The notes below the pieces were generated by a model that worked only from the letters and a program-made list of their open reading frames with translations, searched no databases and was not told the DNA's origin. From NCBI RefSeq assembly GCF_006345805.1, contig NW_021833486.1:1-28840 (forward strand): a stretch of 28,840 nucleotides of DNA, read 5' to 3'. Shown here in pieces: positions 22,881 through 28,840 of this stretch. Position 1 is the stretch's first letter. Each line of letters begins with the position of its first letter. A program made the position numbers and the translations under genes. Source of the stretch: Octopus sinensis. Its lineage: Eukaryota.

Positions 22881-23194
22881 GAAAAATCTACAGCAATACC
22901 ACTAAAACAGACTAATAAAAATATGCAAAGGAGAAAAAGTACTAACGAATTAATTATCAAATTTGTTAATAGATTGTGCAATTAAGGAGTGTGTCGGGAA
23001 ACATTTAAGAATAATTGAAGGTAAATCGTTAAAAACAGAGTGATGAATCGATGTTTTAATTAAGGATGAGCTAATTACCCGATTAATTTCAACCTTTTGA
23101 TTTGAGGGGAGAACGGGGAGAGGAACAATGATGAATAATTAAAAATTTATCAATAATTTTATTTTTGAAGTAACTTTGTAACTAGCTCCTGCTG

Positions 23195-23224
23195 CTGCTA
23201 CTACTATCAGTACTGCTGCTGCTG

Positions 23225-23263
<39 letters not shown>

Positions 23264-23299
23264 TTACTACTACTACTACTATTACTACTACTACTACTA
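23195..23299. repeat. (CTG)/(CTA)n microsatellite
   Basis: Direct inspection. Confidence 0.95.
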
Positions 23300-23574
23300 G
23301 AAAATCAAAAGAAAAACTGTACTAAAGTGAAACAGTGTAAACCAAGGGAAAACATTGTGCAGGCGCGTGGGTTAAGGGGCGAAGGCGTTTGATTTTGTTA
23401 CGTGATCGGGTCCATAAAAATTCAACCATATCCCTATATCTTTCCACGCTTTTCTAGTGTTTTCCCTATTTAACGTTGTTTTATGGTGTGGTGCTATATG
23501 GTGCAAATATCTTGTAAGTGCATGGTGAGCCGATGCGAGCGTGTTATATTGGTCTGCCCAATATAACAATATAT

Positions 23575-23801
23575 ATTTCTTTATTGTCCACAAGAGGCTA
23601 AACACAGAGGGGACAAACAAAGAAAGACAAACAGATTAAGTTGATTACATCGACCCAGGTACGTAACTGGTACTTAATTTATCGACCCCAAAAGGATGAA
23701 AAGCAAAGTCGACCTTGGCGGCATTTGAACTCAGAACGTAACGGCAGACGAAATACGGCTACGCATTTCGCCTGGCGTGCTAACGATTCTGCCAGCTCGC
23801 C
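23575..23801 (-). mobile_element. SINE family C monomer
   Basis: Reverse complement of the head, core and tail of the 24340 copy. Confidence 0.85.
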
Positions 23802-23806
23802 ATCAG

Positions 23807-24274
23807 GTGTAAGAGTGGCTGTGGTAAGTAGTCTGTTTCCAAGTTCGGTCCCATGGCGTGGCACCATGGGCAAGTGTCTTCTATTATAGCCTGGGGCCGA
23901 CCAAAGCCTTGTGAGTGGATTTGGTACATGGGAACTGAAAGTAGCCCGTCATATATATATATATAGTATGTGTGTGTGTGTGTGTGTGTGTGTGTTGTGT
24001 GTGTGTGGTGTGTGTGTGTGTGTGTGCGTGCGTGTGTATGTGTGTGTGTGTGTATGTGTGTGTGTGTGTGTGTATGTCTGTGCTTGTCTCCCAACATCGC
24101 TTGACAACCGATGCTGATGTGTTTATGTCCCCGTAACTTAGCGGTTCGGCAAATAGAACGATAGAATAAGTACTAGGCTTACAAAGAACAAGTCTATTTT
24201 CTTGACTAAAGCCGGTGCTCCAGCATGGCCGTAGTCAAATGACTGAAACAAATAAAAAAATAAAAGAATAAAAG
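23807..24274 (+). mobile_element. SINE family B with expanded internal (TG)n
   Basis: Collinear with 4935-5336. Confidence 0.85.
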
Positions 24275-24339
24275 CCTAGAAGTTTGTAATTTTCAGATAT
24301 GACTGCGACAAGAAATCTACCTACCTACCTACCTACCTA

Positions 24340-24566
24340 GGCGGCGAACTGGCAGAAACGTTAGCACGCCGGGCGAAATGCGTAGCCGTATTTCGTCTGC
24401 CGCTACGTTCTGAGTTCAAATTTAGCCGAGGTCGACTTTGCCTTTCATCCCTTCGGGGGTCGATAAATTAAGTACCAGTAACGCACTGGGGTCGATATAA
24501 TCGACTTAATTCGTTTGTCTGTCCTTGTCCTCTCTGTGTTTAGCCCCTTGTGGGTAGTAAAGAAAT
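24340..24566 (+). mobile_element. SINE family C monomer
   Basis: ggcggcgaactggcagaaacgttagc...gtgggtagtaaagaaat. Confidence 0.9.
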
Positions 24567-24574
24567 ATATATAT

Positions 24575-24605
<31 letters not shown>

Positions 24606-24635
24606 CTATATATAATTATATATATATAAAGTCGT

Positions 24636-24941
24636 ATGACAACCACCGTTATATTATATTTTGTTTAACCGTTACCGTTTTCAATTTCGGTTTCGTCTCT
24701 CGTATTTACATCCGTCTTGTGCGTTCACATTCCTGTCTTCTACCAAGAAATCTAATGCTTACAGCTTAGTTTTTTTTCTTGGGGCTGGCCGAGTTGGAGC
24801 AAATATCAGAATTGAACAGCCGAAATTTGCTATGATGATTCGGTGTCTGACTGAAGATTGAAGGCTTCGAATGATTTGTCTGTGTTCCGTGTTTGTCCCT
24901 TCCTGTATTTCACGTTCTTTGTATATAAAACATTTATTCTT
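24636..24941. mobile_element. Second copy of the TA-embedded repeat at 5948-6233
   Basis: Directly alignable by eye. Confidence 0.6.
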
Positions 24942-25055
24942 ATATATATATATATATATAACGGGAAGCTTTATGAAAATAGACAAAAGACGAAGGCAGG
25001 TGGAAAACAAAGAAACAATTGTATAGTATATATATATATTAGTATATATATATAT

Positions 25056-25135
<80 letters not shown>

Positions 25136-25366
25136 AAAGAAAGAGAAAAGAAAATGGGGATAAGGGAATTAGTAGTTGTTTATTATTAAACAAATTTGTC
25201 CCCTTCGCTTCTTACAGCTGTTTTCATTAATACTCAATAATTTAATTACAAATTTGTGCATAAAATTTACATCAGAGGAAAAAAGATGTACCTTCGGTTG
25301 TTATACGTGGACTTATCAATTCATTGCAGCATCCTCTAATTAAATATATGCATATATATGTATGTG

Positions 25367-25680
25367 TGGAGGCGCAATGGTCCAGTGGTTAGGGCAGCGG
25401 ACTCGCGGTCGGAGGATCGCGGTTTCGATTCCCAGACCGGGCGTTGTGTGTGTTTATTGAGCGAAAACACCTAAAGTTCCACGAGGCTCCGGCAGGGTGG
25501 TGGTGGCGAACCCTGCTGTACTGTTTCAGCACAACTTTCTCTCACTCTTTCTTCTGTTGGATCTGCTCGCTTAGCCAACGTGGTGGCGTCATTTGAAGGC
25601 TAAAACAATGCGAAGCGCATTGTGACTAGCGATGTGTAGCAACATCTGATAGCCTGGTCGGTCACGCTGTCACGCTGATA
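25367..25680 (+). mobile_element. SINE family A, tail type 3
   Basis: Shared head and core; tail ends gtcacgctgtcacgctgata. Confidence 0.8.
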
Positions 25681-25711
25681 TATATATATATATATATGTA
25701 TACAAGGTTTT

Positions 25712-25772
25712 AGCGAAACAAACCGGTTCCCGTGCTTATACAAAATAAGCATGGGAACCGGTTTGTTTCGCT
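25712..25772. other. 28-bp near-perfect hairpin with 5-nt loop
   Basis: agcgaaacaaaccggttcccgtgcttat-acaaa-ataagcatgggaaccggtttgtttcgct; one G:U pair on the + strand. Confidence 0.9.
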
Positions 25773-25778
25773 CAGATT

Positions 25779-26060
25779 CTTATTCTATTGCTCTCGTTTG
25801 CCAAACCACTAAGTTACGAGGACGAACGCAAAGCAGCGCTAGTCGTCAATGGTGGATGGACAAACAGAAAAACACACACATGCACAACATATATAACACG
25901 TACACCACACATACACACACACATTCGAAGGGTTTCTTTCAGTTTCCGTCTACCAAATTTATCCATAACGCGTTGGTCGTCCTGGGTTAAAACAGAGAAC
26001 ACTTGCACAAGGTTCTGCACAGTAGATTAGAGCCAGAAGCCACGTGATTGCAAAGCGACC
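25779..26060 (-). mobile_element. Degenerate SINE family B
   Basis: tttctttcagtttccgtctaccaaat is the reverse complement of atttggtagacggaaactgaaagaa; both halves are recognisable. Confidence 0.7.
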
Positions 26061-26069
26061 TACTTAATC

Positions 26070-26102
26070 ATATACATATACATACATGCATGCATAAATA
26101 CA

Positions 26103-26167
<65 letters not shown>

Positions 26168-26188
26168 GTCTGTCTGTCTGTCTGTCGG

Positions 26189-26248
<60 letters not shown>

Positions 26249-26377
26249 ACTATCTATATATCTATCCATCTATCTGTCTGTCTGTCTGTCTGTCTGTATA
26301 TATATATATATATATACATATATTAATATAAATATATATAAATATATAAATATATATTTATATTCGTAAATATATTC

Positions 26378-26420
<43 letters not shown>

Positions 26421-26530
26421 TGTATGTATACATACACGCACACACACACATATGTATACATATACATACAAATATACATAATACATGCATACATGTGTGT
26501 GTGTGTGTGTGTGTGAATGTGTGTGTGTGT
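26070..26530. repeat. Compound (TCTA)n/(TCTG)n/(TA)n microsatellite
   Basis: Direct inspection. Confidence 0.95.
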
Positions 26531-27139
26531 AACGGGCTTCCATACAGCCTGCGTTTATCAAAATCCCGCACGTGCCATTTGCCAGCCTTGAAAATCACAA
26601 AGAAAGAAACAAACAAACAAACAATAAATGAGAGATAAAGATGGTGTCCTTCATTTTGCACATAAGGTATTTTTTCTGGACCAGGACCGCTCTTAGGCTA
26701 AACAATAACAACAGCTAGAAGAAGAACAACAACAACAACAACAAGAACCACTGCTGCGACAACAATAACAGCTGGCATCCTTCTGCTCCAGGAAACTTAT
26801 AGAGCACTCATTTTGCTCGAAGCATTTGGATCACGGCTCCAGTCTAAAGATATACGGCTCCGGTGTAAGGATAGCATCTTCGTTTCCTATCCAGCAGTTA
26901 TGAAAGCCCCTAAAAAGGATGCTGCCCTTCATTTTTAGTTAAACCTCTATTGATATAAAGAAAACGAAATTCACCTTGGCCAGCTAATTAATCGTGTTAT
27001 AAACCTGCTCTGCATGACGTAGCATTGTTGCGACGTGTGTTCGGACGTTACGTTCTCAAAAGCAAAAAATTTATAATGAAAATACAAAAGCAATCATAAG
27101 AACAAAAACAACTTCGCCTTGACCTCGATTGATATTCTT

Positions 27140-27625
27140 ATCTCTTAATGTCAGACAGGACAAATAGTAAGATAGGAAAGGGACGGAGGAAAAGGGGGGA
27201 AAGGAAAGTGATAGTGGTGGTAGGAGGGAGTGGCAGTAATTGGAGAATGTGTGTGAGAGAGAGAGAGAGATTGAATGAGAGAAGATAGAGGAAGAGAGAT
27301 AAATGAAAGGGAGAGAAGACAAAGAGAGTGAGAAGGTAGATAGATAGATAGAGAGCGATAGAGAAAGGAGACAGAGAGAGGTGACAGAGAGAAAAAAAAC
27401 AAGACAGAAATAGAAAGCAGAGGGAGGAAAGAGTTAGAGATAGATAGCGAGATGGTGAGAGAAAAAGAGAGTGAGAGGAGACAGAGGGAAAGCGATAAGA
27501 CAGAGGTAGAGAAGATACAGAAAAGATAGTAAGAGAGAAGAGACAGAGAAAGGGAGAGAGGGGGAGAGAGAGACAGAGAGAGAGACACACAGAGAGACAA
27601 AGAGAGACAGATAGACAGAGAGGTG
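27140..27625. repeat. GA-rich polypurine low-complexity tract
   Basis: Direct inspection. Confidence 0.9.
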
Positions 27626-27732
27626 GTCCTCAAATGTTGCCCACAATAAAGTCTTATATATATACATTATATATATATTATATCTATATATATATATATA
27701 TATACACATTTATATATATATATTAATATATA

Positions 27733-27789
<57 letters not shown>

Positions 27790-27796
<7 letters not shown>

Positions 27797-28260
27797 ATAT
27801 TTCGGAATGGTCATATTGCCAGTTTAGCAATAAAAACACACGCACTATATATTTGGTGTTATTTTGCTTCAGTGATATTTATTTTTTACATTAATCTTAA
27901 TCTTATTTCGGCCAAAGTTCTTTCGTCACACTCCTGTGACCGCATCAGAGGTCCTTTGTTTTCTTCTCATACTTGTGTCTCTCCTTACTAACCGTCAGCC
28001 ATTTTGTATTTCTATTGTATGTCTTCATTTGCGCATGCTTATATCTCTATGTGCGTCTATGTTTATTTAGTGTGTGTGTGGGGGGATGCCTGTAATATTT
28101 GTATCTTCTGGTTATATACATTCTTGTAATTTGTATTTTGTTTTTGTTGTTGTTTTTTTTTTTATTGGCTAAATGGCAATATGACCATTCCGAATATAAC
28201 AATATCTGTTTCAACACACGACTTCACATAAAAATCTTGCACAACAAATATTTAAACGTA
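27790..28260. mobile_element. Second copy of the 12.0-12.5 kb fold-back family, with shorter (~45 bp) inverted arm
   Basis: Same left arm and HHR-like motif at 27910-27953 (core reads CUGAUGC, triplet CUU). Inverted tggcaatatgaccattccgaatataacaa near 28175-28202. Confidence 0.75.
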
Positions 28261-28509
28261 TATAATATATATATATATAATAATAATATATATATATAAT
28301 AGAAATATTAAAATAACTAAGTCTCTCTAAAAGAGAACAGCGGCAAGCGTCCCGGAAAATAATAGTTATCGCCATACTAATATGGCATTCTTATAAAAAT
28401 AAGAAAAAAGCTGTCCGCTTATTAGCTCCATGGGCCATCGCCTTAAGTTAGCTATTTGATACACAAACTGTATCCATATAACCTTCGAACAAGGGAGGTC
28501 AGTCGCTCC

Positions 28510-28587
28510 ACACTACTTGACCGGCAGCTACAGACGCGTTTCGGAGTATTGCCCCTTTTCAATGCAGCGTAGCCAGCCAGTAGGTGT
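28510..28587 (-). ncRNA. Type I hammerhead ribozyme, U3:A8 core variant, extended stem I
   Basis: cugca UUGAAAA gggg-caaua-cucc GAA ACGCGU C uguag (28567 to 28528). Distal stem I pairs gcuggc/gccggu and cuacu/aguag. Confidence 0.75.
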
Positions 28588-28616
28588 CGCTTCCGACAAT
28601 CTCTGTTCGATGGTTT

Positions 28617-28661
28617 TATTTACCTAGTTTCGGTGGAATACATCCACTTTTTTCAATAATA
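28617..28661 (-). ncRNA. Second hammerhead-like motif in the same unit, also U3:A8
   Basis: uauu-a UUGAAAA aa gugga-uguau-uccac c GAA ACUAGGU A aaua. The junction into stem II is imperfect, within an A-run. Confidence 0.5.
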
Positions 28662-28840
28662 GAAATATTAAAATAACTAAGTCTCTCTAAAAGAGAACAG
28701 CGGCAGCGTTCCCGGAAAATAATAGTTATCGCCATACTAATATGGCATTCTTATAAAAATAAGAAAAAAGCTGCCGCTTATTAGCTCCATGAGGCCATCG
28801 CCTTAGTTAGCTATTTGATACACAAACTGTATCCATATAA

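Larger units (their letters stand above)
28296..28840 (-). mobile_element. 360-bp tandem repeat with two hammerhead motifs per unit (non-LTR retrozyme or Penelope-like pseudo-LTR array); cut by window edge
   Basis: agaaatattaaaataactaag at 28301 and 28661. The copies are near-identical apart from a few mostly single-base differences. Confidence 0.75.

Noticed and set aside
3607-28299. Dozens of ORFs rich in YI, HT, CV, poly-I/M/L/N
   Set aside because: They are translations of TA, CA, TCTA, CAT and AAC microsatellites that simply lack stop codons.

Overview
AT-rich, repeat-dense eukaryotic genomic DNA. The SINE families and microsatellite load fit an octopus (coleoid cephalopod) genome; this is an inference from pattern recognition, not a database match. 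I found no intact host protein-coding gene, and nearly all listed ORFs are microsatellite read-throughs. Recognisable content: three tRNA-derived SINE families (A, B and C here, including a 5'-truncated C trimer and a headed C dimer), RTE-clade LINE remnants, decayed DNA transposons (Merlin/IS1595-like, mariner, DD37D maT-like), two short Helitron-like elements and many simple repeats. The most notable signal is a set of type I hammerhead ribozyme (HHR) motifs in several unrelated elements, mostly next to (TA)n tracts, resembling Penelope-like pseudo-LTRs or non-LTR retrozymes. The best case is a 360-bp tandem unit at the right edge carrying two HHR motifs, both with the compensatory U3:A8 core. 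All RNA structures were folded by eye and none is experimentally confirmed.
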